DNA from: Chamaesiphon sp. | Lineage (GTDB): Bacteria > Cyanobacteriota > Cyanobacteriia > Cyanobacteriales > Chamaesiphonaceae | Assembly: GCA_965246715.1 (NCBI GenBank) | Contig: CBDFFH010000037.1 | Coordinates: forward strand, 1-64,000 | DNA length: 64,000 nt | Direction: 5' to 3' | Shown: piece after piece, positions 50,825 to 61,551 of the stretch | How the letters are laid out: every line of letters starts with the position of its first letter | Numbering within the stretch: the first letter of the stretch is position 1 | Translations under genes and position numbers: made by a program | Notes under the pieces: generated by a model | The model's input: the letters and a program-made list of their open reading frames with translations, nothing else | What the model was told of the DNA's origin: nothing | The model's database searches: none

Positions 50825-51223
50825 TCAAGCAATTGTAAAAATCTTATTTAAACCATCAAAAGTAATTACGTGACGGTTAAGAACATTCCTACCTATAATT
50901 GCTTCACCGTTAAGAATCCGATCTGGAACCGCGAACACTTTAGTTTTAATAAAGCTACTATTATCAAAGCTCAATTTCAGAAAGAAGGGAACTCCAGCAA
51001 CTACTTCCCCCAGCAGTTTAAATATAGAAGGTTCTATTTTAATAGATCTTGCTTTAATGCTCGATACCAGTGACCTTGACACGACAGTTACATCAGATCC
51101 GGTATCCAATATTCCACAATCATTAGAGGCCGTTTTTTCAGGCTCTTCAAAATTAACAAAATAAATTATAGTAGCTGGGATTGCGGGTTTATCACCAATC
51201 TCAATATAGGAAAAACTAGGCAT
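50825..51223 (-). CDS. Retropepsin-like aspartyl protease
   Basis: ILDTGSD and IIGRNVL motifs. Confidence 0.8.
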   Translation of the reverse strand: MPSFSYIEIGDKPAIPATIIYFVNFEEPEKTASNDCGILDTGSDVTVVSRSLVSSIKARSIKIEPSIFKLLGEVVAGVPFFLKLSFDNSSFIKTKVFAVPDRILNGEAIIGRNVLNRHVITFDGLNKIFTIA

Positions 51224-51779
51224 TAACTTCTCGATTAGGAACGAAAGTACAGAGAATTCCTTCTCTATCCTTAAAAAAGTCAGTTTCAGATATCCGGTCT
51301 AACAAAGTATCTTCACTGAGATCGGCATCGATTACCCGTCCATCTTCAAATACGATAAATTGTCCACTGTATCGATCGATTAATTCGGGAAGATGAACCT
51401 CGAAGGATTTTTCTTGTTCTTTGAGGTAATCATAAGCATCCTGACTCCAAAATAAGTCTCGGACGGTATAGATGAAAGGATTGCCATCACGATCGACAGC
51501 ACGAAAGATATCTTCCGCTTGAGCGTCTTCTAGATCTGATTTTAAATCTTCGATATTTCTAGAGCTTTGAGCTGTGCTCAGTTTTGTGGCGTGACGAACT
51601 CGTTGGCGTAGCCTCTCTGAAAGAGAATCGCCATTATCCGCAATTTCATTCTGTTGTTGCTCGATTTGTTGTTGGTGGAGTCGTTCGAGTAGACTGTCCC
51701 GATCTTCAATGGGGAGACTCTCGTTGGCGCAGCCTAGCCTCTGGCTAATCGCTTGAATGATTTCTCGATCGGTCATCAT
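51216..51779 (-). CDS. DUF5678-like protein carrying two in-frame micro-elements
   Basis: C-terminal LPEL..RY.GQFIVFEDGRVIDAD pattern; overlaps the protease start. Confidence 0.65.
   Translation of the reverse strand: MMTDREIIQAISQRLGCANESLPIEDRDSLLERLHQQQIEQQQNEIADNGDSLSERLRQRVRHATKLSTAQSSRNIEDLKSDLEDAQAEDIFRAVDRDGNPFIYTVRDLFWSQDAYDYLKEQEKSFEVHLPELIDRYSGQFIVFEDGRVIDADLSEDTLLDRISETDFFKDREGILCTFVPNREVNA
51603..51626 (-). mobile_element. 24-nt micro-element
   Basis: Minus strand GCGAT-TCTCTTTCAGAGAGGCTACGCCAA-CGA. Confidence 0.9.
51724..51747 (-). mobile_element. 24-nt micro-element
   Basis: Minus strand GCGAT-TAGCCAGAGGCTAGGCTGCGCCAA-CGA. Confidence 0.9.
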
Positions 51780-52160
51780 ATTGCAATGCCTCCAAAGACT
51801 GCTCTGGATTAACTTTTAGCTCCTTTGATTATACTACCTCCTATCCTCTCGTAGGATCGAACAGTTGTCTAGGACTGATACTGGCAGTCTAAATTTACCG
51901 ATGGTAATCGATCTTTAGGATCTTCGAGATCGGGAAGCAGCGGAACAAATCCAACCAAGCGATCGGTTTGAATTGGATAGACATTTTTTTCATACTCAAA
52001 AAGTTTATTGTCTTGGTATTTAGGTTAGAGATCTCTGTTTGAATAGACTTGACAAACCAGTTAAAACGGTCTAAAAGTAAGACAAGCCCATAAAATAGCC
52101 TATGTAGTTATTTTAAATGGCTGTAAGCCTTGCATGATAAGGCTTGTGAATCTATTCTCT

Positions 52161-52207
52161 CTTCGTTGACATCGATGAGGTCGCTGGTTCGAGTCCAGTT
52201 TCGTCCA
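52161..52207 (+). pseudogene. 3' half of tRNA-Val(GAC), probable att core
   Basis: Anticodon loop TTGACAT, T-arm CTGG-TTCGAGT-CCAG and acceptor strand CGTCCA; no D-arm or 5' acceptor strand upstream. Confidence 0.75.
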
Positions 52208-52354
52208 TTGGTTGGAAAGGTAAGCATTGGTAAGGCTTTTAGGAATCAAACACATCCTAACAGCCGATTTTTTGCGTCTATATACCTGAAAATAGGGTGC
52301 TGTTTTGGTGGGTTTGGCTGGTCTGTTGCCCCACAAATCGCCCCACGTTTTTAT

Positions 52355-53047
52355 ATGCACATCGAACAAAGAGGAAAGAGCCTGATTATCCGCTGGAGAT
52401 TTGAAGGCAAGAAATACCATAAGACTCTGAACAACCATAACAACCCCGTCGGTTGGAAAAATGCTGAGATAGTGATGGCATCGATCGAGAAGGATATTAT
52501 TTTATCTGGTCACTTCGATCCCACTCCCTACACCCAGAAGGGCAAGACAACGAAGCAGAATATCGATATTACTGCGAGCGAACTGTTCGCCAAGTATGCC
52601 GCTGCTCGAATGGAGGATTTTGAGCTATCACACAGTTCAAATGTGCGGTTCAAAGGTATTTCATCTAAATTGACCCAATTCTTAGGGGACAAAATAGCGA
52701 GGAAAGTTACCCCAGATATCGCTGCCAATGTCATCGCCGCATGGTCGGAACAGGCATCTAGCCGCACTATCCGAGCGTATCTGTTTGACCTTGCAGCGGC
52801 GTGGGATTGGGCGCACAAAGAAGACTTCTATATGTTGGGTGATTATAACCCTTGGAATAAATCGTTAGACAAATTGAGGAAAAAGTTACCAACCCCAAAA
52901 AAGCCTAAACCCTTCACGATCGAGGAACTTAGAACGATCGCGCAGGGCTTTAGAAATCATCCCAAATATTCTTACTATACCGATGCTGCGATCTTCATAT
53001 CCCAGACTGTGTGTAGGTTTGGAGAGATGATAGTATCAAGGTATTGA
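52355..53047 (+). pseudogene. Tyrosine integrase, C-terminally truncated
   Basis: Arm-binding N-terminus, NPW and T.CRFGE (catalytic Arg), then a stop; no HxxR or Tyr. Confidence 0.8.
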
Positions 53048-53765
53048 TGAGTACTTATCTACACCCGATCGAGAAAAAGCGTCTATTTATCGATTTCGAG
53101 GCGGAGAATACGGTATGAATCAGCTATGTCTCATCACGAGATCTTGCTAACCTCAAAGCTATTCTCAAGGGCGATCGATTGACACCCGATCCAGATTGGT
53201 TGCCATCGGATCGAGTGGCAATAGCATTCGATCGTTACATCCCAACTACTGGCGAATTGCGGACAGCTTGGCGCGTACAACACTAGGCGAATGATAGCTA
53301 CAAGTACAACAAGATCGATCGGTTAGGCGATAAGACTTGCAGAGTTTTATCGCCAAAAATATCCAGAGAGACAATCTCAGGCACCGGAGGATTATTTGGA
53401 TCTCACGATCGATCTAGATATCGATGAGTGGAACGATCTGCAACAACTATCGCAGCGATGAGAGCGGGAATTGTCGCGATCGCGCAATTTCGATTTCGAT
53501 CGCTAACGACGAGCGAGCCAGACACAGGAATCGATCGATCGCCCTAATTTGGCAAATTTAATTGCGTTATAAGCCCTGACAAGTAAAGCCAGCCCAATAG
53601 TAAGGATCGGCGAACGGTCGATCGGCTTGACTATGGCGATCGAGTGCGTCTGTGAGTGCCAAGGTATCAGTGTAAGTTTTAGTCAGTCGCGCATCATGTC
53701 GATCGCATGTAGCGTGGTCGATTTCACCGCGATCGCGTCGGGCTTTGAGTTCCCTGCGTTCGCCT

Positions 53766-55460
53766 TTAATTGCTTTTGCATAAGCGGTTAAATGTCGATC
53801 GAGGTTGTGGCGATGGTCGAGACGAAACTATGTGCCAGGTAGTTCTCGCAGTTGCTTCTGTGCCATGGTGACTGGATAATAAGTTATTAATTTTGCTCAA
53901 GAGGTCGAGGTAATTTGCCTTGCTAGCTTGTTTGCCCCGCAGGCGAAAATCATCGAGAATTTGGTAGAGTTCGGCGATCCGATCGCTTTCATAAATCGCT
54001 CCTAGTAAGGTGCCATCGGTATCTGCTACAGTGCCGTAGCAAGGTGACTCGATCGAGGGTCGATCGGTACAGTATTTGAGGATTTGGCAGCTAGGGACGT
54101 AGCGAATGGTAAATCTGTCGCCTAAGAATGACCCACCCCACCCTTCGGGCACCCCTCCGAGGAGGGTATTTAGTGGGAGAGCTGCGAAGGAGATTTGGTG
54201 GAGAGAGAGGTGGGGGACGATGACTAATTCGGTGATGTTGGGGAGTTGGGCGATGAGTTGGGGTAATTGCAGTCGAGCGGCAATTTCAGCAAGATTGTCA
54301 TTCATCCGATCGTGCCAATCGATCGTGAGTGATTTCTCATCAATGTTGTTGGCTTGGGCAAATTCTTGTTGTTGCTCTGGGGTCATCTTGTCGAACTGTG
54401 GCTTGAGATCGCTTAATCGATAGGGGAGCGACCATTGTTGGTTCAACCATTGCTGAAATGTCTGGAATCCTTGCCCTGGAAGCGTAAAGAGCTGGGGCGA
54501 TCCTGTTTGGGTGATGATAAAGATGTGGGTATCATCATCGGTGGTGTAGAAGGTGAGGATGGCGGTAGCTGGTGTTTTAATCAAGCTTTGGATGGTGGCA
54601 AATTCGACCGGGATTACTTCTAGTTGTCCGGCGGCGATCGCATCTTGTTCGCGAATTTGCTGGAGGATGCTTTGTTGTTTTGCTTCGAGGGCGATAACAG
54701 CAGCGCGTTCGCTGGTAGTAATCGCCTTATCGATTTGTCCGAGGTTGATATATGCTTGAATGGTCTGTTCGTAGACCGAGATGGCTTCGCGGATAATGCG
54801 TTGGCGTTCATCTTCGTTAGTTGCCCAATTTCGACTGGTTTCAGCAGCTTGAATCCCCAGGGTATAAATATCAACGGCCAGTTGCCACTCACCCTGAGTG
54901 AAATAAATATTCCCCAAGCCCCAATTGGCTTTGAGCGCATTAATCGGGGAAGCTTCGGGCGTAAATATTTCTAAGGCTTGTTGGTAATAACGAATTGCCA
55001 GCTCGTTCTGACCTTCTTCTGTATAGAGAATTGCCAGATTTTCTTGAGTCTTTGCCCAATCTTCGGGATAGGCATCATGGGTATAGACGAATAGAGTCTG
55101 CTGGTAACACTCGATCGCGATTTCGAGATTTTGTGCTCGATCGCCTCTGGGAAATTGCTGTAAGTCTACAGCTAGACTGTTGATTAATGATGCTCTGCTC
55201 GACCTGGATTTACCCTTTGATTCGTTCAAAAACTGGGCTGCTAAAGCAGGAAGGCTCTTCCCAAAAGTTGGATCGAATAGATGTTGATGTGCATTCAAGA
55301 ATCGATGAACTATTCTGCCATCACCCTTACTATCACGGACTGCACCGATCGATTCTTGGAAAAATAAATTATGTTCGCTTTCATCTATTTCCGTGCTTCC
55401 AGCACCTAGTCCCCTCGCCGCGATTAGTTGTGAAACAAAGTCCTGTAACCATCGAATCAT
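53766..55460 (-). pseudogene. TPR-CHAT domain protein, truncated
   Basis: TPR motif NLEIAIECYQ, VPHLSLHQI, PSCQIL and SSHHG; the catalytic Cys region is missing. Confidence 0.75.
54131..54168 (+). repeat. GC-rich dispersed repeat in frame in the CHAT gene
   Basis: CCCACCCCACCCTTCGGGCACCCCTCCGAGGAGGG encodes the out-of-context peptide LLGGVPEGWGG. Confidence 0.6.
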
Positions 55461-55639
55461 CTACCCATCCTCCGTTGTAGCGTCTTATATTTCAGTGTTC
55501 CCTCTAGATCCTGACGATTTAGAGTCAGTCGATTCTTAATAAGATTTGTCAGTACTTACTTCAAGCCATGTATCAATCGTCAGGCGATCGGTTTTTTTGG
55601 CAGAAATCGATCGAGTTAGCGGATTGACACGCGATCGGC

Positions 55640-55669
55640 AAAAAGTAGGTGGAACTGAGTTCCACCTAC
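55640..55669 (-). terminator. Intrinsic terminator
   Basis: GTAGGTGGAAC-N3-GTTCCACCTAC followed by T5 on the minus strand, downstream of 55689. Confidence 0.75.
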
Positions 55670-55688
55670 CTCAAAGAGTTGCTAATTG

Positions 55689-56624
55689 TTAGGATGGCGA
55701 TTCGGTGTCATCTTCAGGAGCCTGATAATCGCGGCGGCTGTATACACCAAACCGATATTCTGGCGGGCGACCTAATGGGTGCATCGGATGCCAGCCTTTA
55801 TTATTGACAAAATCGAGAATTTGCTGCACCGAGGGAGCGAGTTCTGTTGGTATCGCCTGCTTTTTATTGTTGCTATCCACCCGCCGTGCTGCCTTGCCCA
55901 ACTCACGATGAGTTCCCTGCCGCGCACCTTGTAACTGCCAGTGGCGAAACCTCGCCCAGATCCGCGTTCTCGACTCAATCACATGGTCGCCAAACACCAC
56001 CATCAAGTGAATCACCACTCCCAAAATTGCCATGATTACGATGAATAACGGCGATTGCTGAGTCTCCTCCAGTGCGGCATTCATCACGTATGCAAATGCT
56101 GCCGAAGGGAATAAAGCTAATAACAACCCAAAGAAGCAGACGAATACAAACCACAACTTAGCACCGCGATCGTCATCATGGAGATCCATCGAACCTTTTG
56201 CCGAGCGAATCCACTTATTGGCAGCAATTTCGCCGAAGAAAAACGCGATCGGGAAAATAATACTCATCACGAGAATTACTTCCTCTGGACAGTTCGGCAC
56301 TCCCAACTTAATCATGTAATCCACAATGTTGTGGAACAAGACAAAATCAATCACAAAGTTACAGACCAACTGGAAAATAAAACCAGTATCCTCAGAAGTA
56401 TGCTTCGCTTCTGGATTGAGATGTTGCTCATTTTTATCATAATGGTACCAAAATTTGGGATCGACATCTGTATATTTATCCCAAATTTTGCACATTGCAT
56501 CGGTCGCCCGGATCGGATACTTCAGATCGAGATTGAGTTGGGTTCGCGCGCTTTTATCGTCAAAATCGAATCGCCGATCGTTCGGCGATGAACCGTCATC
56601 ATTATTTCCACTTGCAGTCTTCAT
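55689..56624 (-). CDS. Hypothetical four-TM membrane protein
   Basis: 311-aa ORF with four hydrophobic segments and its own terminator. Confidence 0.65.
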   Translation of the reverse strand: MKTASGNNDDGSSPNDRRFDFDDKSARTQLNLDLKYPIRATDAMCKIWDKYTDVDPKFWYHYDKNEQHLNPEAKHTSEDTGFIFQLVCNFVIDFVLFHNIVDYMIKLGVPNCPEEVILVMSIIFPIAFFFGEIAANKWIRSAKGSMDLHDDDRGAKLWFVFVCFFGLLLALFPSAAFAYVMNAALEETQQSPLFIVIMAILGVVIHLMVVFGDHVIESRTRIWARFRHWQLQGARQGTHRELGKAARRVDSNNKKQAIPTELAPSVQQILDFVNNKGWHPMHPLGRPPEYRFGVYSRRDYQAPEDDTESPS

Positions 56625-56900
56625 TTAAACCTCATCAAAAATTCGGCGTTGCTGAATTGAGGTATGATATGGCGATCGAGAGTAAGATCGAAAAAAACAA
56701 TGAACAGCGAATCAAAGCCAATCGAATGTCCTGAATGTAAGCTGAAGGGGTGACAAGCACCCCTGTAACGTTTTCCCACACTGGATTTTGCACAGTTAGA
56801 TGAACATTGAAGGGATGTCAAGGCGAGTTACTCTTGAAGTATAAAGAGTATGAGATAATAATAAAAATATGCTCAAAAAGTGAGAGCATAAAACAAATTA

Positions 56901-57545
56901 ATGTATCCCGAATTATATCAAAAGTGGTTCAAATTAACAGCGTGGCGGGTGACCCGCAACGCATTGAATCCAGCGGAGCTGGTGCTGATAGAAATCCTGA
57001 TGAGAATAGTAGGATTATTAGCTAAAGCCACATTAGGACATCTAGCAAATAATTTACCGCTACCAATTTTAGCGGCGAGTAGACTCAAAACATTACAGAG
57101 ATTCTTGAACAGTCCCAGATTGTGCAAAGAGAAGATATGGTGGGGAATTTGGATAGAATTAATGACAGGATATTGGAAGAGAAAGGAAGCAATAGTTTTA
57201 GCAATCGATAGGACAAGCTGGCGAAAGTATAATTTATTAGTAGTAAGCTGGATAATTCAGGGTAGAGCAATTCCAATTAATTGGCAGCTATTAGATAAAT
57301 TAGGGTCTAGTAATTTAGATGACCAACAATCAGTAATTTATCCAATTACCTGCTTGTTACCAGACTATTCATTTGTGCTGTTAGGCGACAGAGAATTCTG
57401 TAGTAAACACTTGGCGACTTGGCTGTTAGAGATAGGTTGGGGCTACTGCCTTCGACTTAAAAAGACTACATATGTTCAGCTAGATAATGATGAATTAATG
57501 ACACTTAAAATCAAACGGGCGGTCGGATTGGGCCTGTACCATTGA
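56901..57545 (+). pseudogene. IS4-type transposase, truncated
   Basis: LAIDRTSW, RAIPI.W, LGDREF and LRLKK motifs; C-terminal YREK region absent. Confidence 0.8.
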
Positions 57546-57680
57546 GTCAACCTCATCCTGCCATCGGTCACTTATTAACTGTGAGTCAAGCTGGTCAGCT
57601 CTGGCCGCCGCGTCGGATCGATGAATGGTTTGCGATCGTCCGACTGGAACATCTAGAACCCATTCGGTTTGATGCTGCGG

Positions 57681-58133
57681 TCAAGCAATATTGGATTTGT
57701 ACCCAACTCCATATTCGTTGTCCAAATAGTTGATTAGTTCTTCCACCTGCCAATACTCTCTACTTCTTAGCCATTCCACTATTTCTGTCGATTGTTCGTC
57801 TGGTAAATATTTTTTTGACCCTTTATATCCCAGTCTAATTCCTTCTATCCCCTTCGTTTTAAAGTTCTTTTTCCAATCACTTATCCAAAAATTACTTACT
57901 CCTAGTAATTGTGTTGTCTTTTGATAAGGCTCCTCTTGGATTGCCATCTTAACTGCTAGCCCTCTTTTTAGTTCCCTTACATCTGGATTACTCTTAATAA
58001 AGGCTGCTAGTGCCGCTATTTCTTCATCTTTTATTTTTCGCTCTAGTAGAAAATTGTGCATTGCCTATATTCCTGCGATCGACCATTAAATATAATTGTA
58101 CTATGAAGTTGCTTCTGATTTAGGATTGCTATA
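57681..58133 (-). pseudogene. IS630 left end with an HTH ORF fragment
   Basis: NPDVRELKR.LAVKM, LGYKGS..YL and YGV.YKS motifs; end TATAGCAATCCTAAAT near 58133. Confidence 0.75.
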
Positions 58134-58996
58134 GTAGTCTATGGCGTTCAAAAATCAGTTCATGCAGCATCTAAAACCAAAGCAGTCGAGCTGAGCATCA
58201 GCACCATTTTTTGCTTCAATCGGTATTGACAGCATTGCTAAGCTTAATACAAGCAACACTTATTAGCAAATACTCAGGAGAGCCATAAATCATGAAATTC
58301 AATAATAAAAATAAGGTTGAATTTGACAGATAGTTGATAAAAGCTCGGCAACTTTAGCATTTGTATATCTATCGGCATGGGGATAAATCAGACAACTGCG
58401 TACCTATCGATTGTAAGCCGTATAATTAAAATTTTGAAGATCGATATCTGGTAGTCTGACTAGGATATTTTTTTGTCCTATTGTTTTTAGTGCCAGATAA
58501 TCTACCCTAGTAAAAATAGTTTTCCAGATCGATGTTTCATAAGCTTGACTTAACAAAAAGCTATATTTTAAGTGCCTACACTTAGTAGTAAATCTTGCTA
58601 CTAAGGAGACAATTTTTTGTAACTACCGATGACATGGGGGGAGAATTTGCCACCAGTGAGCGCGAGTATCAATACTAAGAGGTAGACGTTCGAGATAATT
58701 ATTAAATCTTACGGGATCGCACTCAGACACGAGCATGAGCTTGGCGATCGCATATCAACTCATCTAATTGCCAGTCAGGAAGCCTGTGAAACACATGCTG
58801 TTGATATGAGGCAAAGCTACACCACCAATTTATAACTTTAAACGGTGACGATCTGCTCTCCATCAGTCCATTGATATTATTGCTATCGAGCCAAAGATCG
58901 ATGCCATCGTTTGCTGGAAGTGAAACAATTAGATCCCGCTTGACACTGTAGATAATATCTAATAAGCGATCGCCTAAATAGCTAAACTTTGCATCC

Positions 58997-59440
58997 TTAG
59001 AAAAGATAATTTGTTCGCTCAGTAAGTTTGATTCTACTTTCGGGTCGGTTACGAATACATTCTTCTACCGATTTATTGCCAGAGGTAAATGTTCGACGAA
59101 GAATCTTGCCATCGGACGTACTCAACCATTCCAGCATCGCTCCATCAGAACCTCTGGCTAATCTTAATTGTTGAGGAAAGACTACAAAATATGCCAGCAA
59201 TGACGTAACTACCATGCCGATCGAGAATCCACCCAGACTCCAACATAAACTCAACAGTCTATTGTTAATATTCCTACCGCTACGATCGATTGCTTGTTTG
59301 GTTAAGTCGCGATAAGTTTGGCGATCTCGATTGCTGTCGCAGACGGCAAGCCGTTCGAGTTTTTCAACTAGTTGCTCCTGTCGAGGATCGCTTTTTGAAG
59401 ATTCGGTCTGGCGTTGCTGCCGTTCTTCTTCGAGTAACAC
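58997..59440 (-). pseudogene. Single-TM plasmid-type hypothetical protein, 5' end lost
   Basis: The frame stays open upstream to ~59640 with no ATG and abuts the AAA fragment. Confidence 0.45.
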
Positions 59441-59562
59441 TTGAATTGCTTGAGGTACGGCAGAAGTAACTACATGTAGATACTCGCTAATTTTCTCGAT
59501 TTGAGCGATCGTACCAGTTATATGATAGATTTCATCATACCCAGGAGACCCGTCGATATTAC

Positions 59563-60255
59563 CTAATGCTTCTGTTCGATCGATAGGATCGAGATAACTA
59601 GTAAATGGAGACTTACTGGTATCTCCACTATTTTTATTAGGGAGAGGAGGGGCTTATCGTCCCTGGTGAATAGTTTCTCGATCTCGTCCATGTAAAATAT
59701 ACAGGGAGCGCAAACACGAGCGATTTCTAGTACTTTTGCCATTGCTGTGAGTCCGCCAACCTTAATTTTGTCGATCTCTAGAGATAACATCGGGAAGCCC
59801 AAGGCGGAAGCAATCGATCGCGCAGAATATGTTTTTCCGGTTCCTGGAATACCAACTAGGAGCCAACCTTTCGGATAAGGTAGCCCAAGATCGATCGCCT
59901 GTTGACTGAATCTAAATTTCAGCTTATCGATCGCGAGAACCAATTCATCCAATCCAGCGATTTCTCTAAAAGCTGGAGGCGGATCGTATTTAACACCCAT
60001 CAGAGATAGACGGGCGTTGCGGTATGTTTCTAGATCTAGTTCCGGCTCTGGACTCTCACCTGATTGTTGCAGTGCGAGCTTGAGATCTTGATAAGCAAGC
60101 CCCGCTGCTAGCCTGAGATTGCGCTCGGTTGGCTCGAAATGGTATTCACCAAATAACTCGGTAATTTCCGCAGCCGTCGGTAGTTGCCAAGTATATTCAT
60201 AGATGAATCGAGCCAGTTCGATCGGCAATGGCGTATCGTCTGTTTGTAGCAGCAC
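59563..60255 (-). pseudogene. AAA ATPase (Ycf46-like) fragment
   Basis: GIPGTGKT Walker A and YMDEIEK Walker B; truncated at both ends. Confidence 0.75.
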
Positions 60256-60714
60256 TAGCCGATATCGATCCTGGCACAGGGATTAAAGATCTGCGAACTG
60301 CTCGTAGATGAGTTGTCGCTTCCACGCCACAAGTGTGGCAACGAATGTTAAGTAGTTATCGAACTGCCCGTTTGCTCATTTTTACAGCCCTGATTTAATT
60401 AAACAAAATCTATATTTTGCAATCGTTTCAGCTCTCAAAGAAAATTGCCATCTCTTGATTTCATTTGTGATTTTAAGTGCTGATGAACTATTTCGATCGC
60501 GATCGCATTTTTGGTAAGACCTGAAACACTGATTCTGTTGTCATTAATTCAAAAGGTTCGATCGAAATGAGCGAACGCACAGTGTTCAGACTACTCGCTC
60601 AGAAATATCTGCATCTGCTGGCTCGATCGCAATACGCCAGGTATTCGTTGCCGTAATGCTGCTTTAATTAGTAAAGATATTAATTGCGATCGCTATATCA
60701 AAAACAATGACCGA

Positions 60715-61347
60715 TTAGCCTAGGTTAGCAATGAGTTCGGCATCTTTTTCCTTCACCCAAATCGTTGCTGGACGAGTATTGATGCGCTCGATATAAGTCT
60801 TAATTACAGGCAGCAAGGGTACGATCTCAAACATCGTCACGTATGTAAATGCTCTACTCCACAAGACATCAAGAGCGGTAAATTTATCTCCCAGAAAGTA
60901 ATCTCCTTGGGAAAGTCGATCTGTCAAAATATTTAACATCGTATCGAAGTCACTATAAGGGGATACGAGTGGCGACAGTGGTTCGCGTTTGCTCGTTCGA
61001 TCGACTATTGCTGGCTCGAAACATGTGCCGTAATAGACCATCCATCGCAAATATGAACCCCGCAGCGGATCGCCGATCTTTGGGGCTAAATTAGCTTCAG
61101 GATAGAGTTCGGCGAGGTATAAAAAGATCGCCACCTGTTCTGTAATCAGCTCATCACCATGTTTGATTGCAGGTACTTTACCCATTGGATTAATTGCCAG
61201 ATATTCTGCCCCACGCTGCTCGTTTATTTTCACATTTAGCACATGCAATTTATAATCGGCATTAAGTTCTTTTAAGAGCATAAGTGCCCCTGTCGATCGA
61301 GAGTTGGGCAAATGAAAGAGCGTAACTTGACGATTGGAAGTCATCAT
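60715..61347 (-). CDS. Glutathione S-transferase
   Basis: PNSRS, NPMGKVP and FTALDV motifs. Confidence 0.9.
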   Translation of the reverse strand: MMTSNRQVTLFHLPNSRSTGALMLLKELNADYKLHVLNVKINEQRGAEYLAINPMGKVPAIKHGDELITEQVAIFLYLAELYPEANLAPKIGDPLRGSYLRWMVYYGTCFEPAIVDRTSKREPLSPLVSPYSDFDTMLNILTDRLSQGDYFLGDKFTALDVLWSRAFTYVTMFEIVPLLPVIKTYIERINTRPATIWVKEKDAELIANLG

Positions 61348-61551
61348 ATTATCTGCCGATTTTTGAGTATTAGCTTCGATACTAGCAAATAAAATTTAGT
61401 AATGAAAGTTCGACCTGCCGCTCCTGATGATGGATCTCCGATCTCAGGATTCAATGGCTACTTTATCAGGGACATCCGAGAAAACCCTTGTCTTAGAAAA
61501 GATAGAAGGAATGGAGATTTGGGGCGTTTGCAAATGGCTTAACTGGACTGG

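Noticed and set aside
52130..52207. Complete functional tRNA
   Set aside because: No D-arm or 5' acceptor strand is present.
52130..53047. Integron integrase for the attC sites
   Set aside because: It has an arm-binding N-terminus and a tRNA att typical of phage/ICE integrases, and it is truncated.
53050..53510. Relaxase/mobilisation C-terminal relic (ends ERELSRSRNFDFDR)
   Set aside because: Multiple stops and no catalytic motif; too weak to call.
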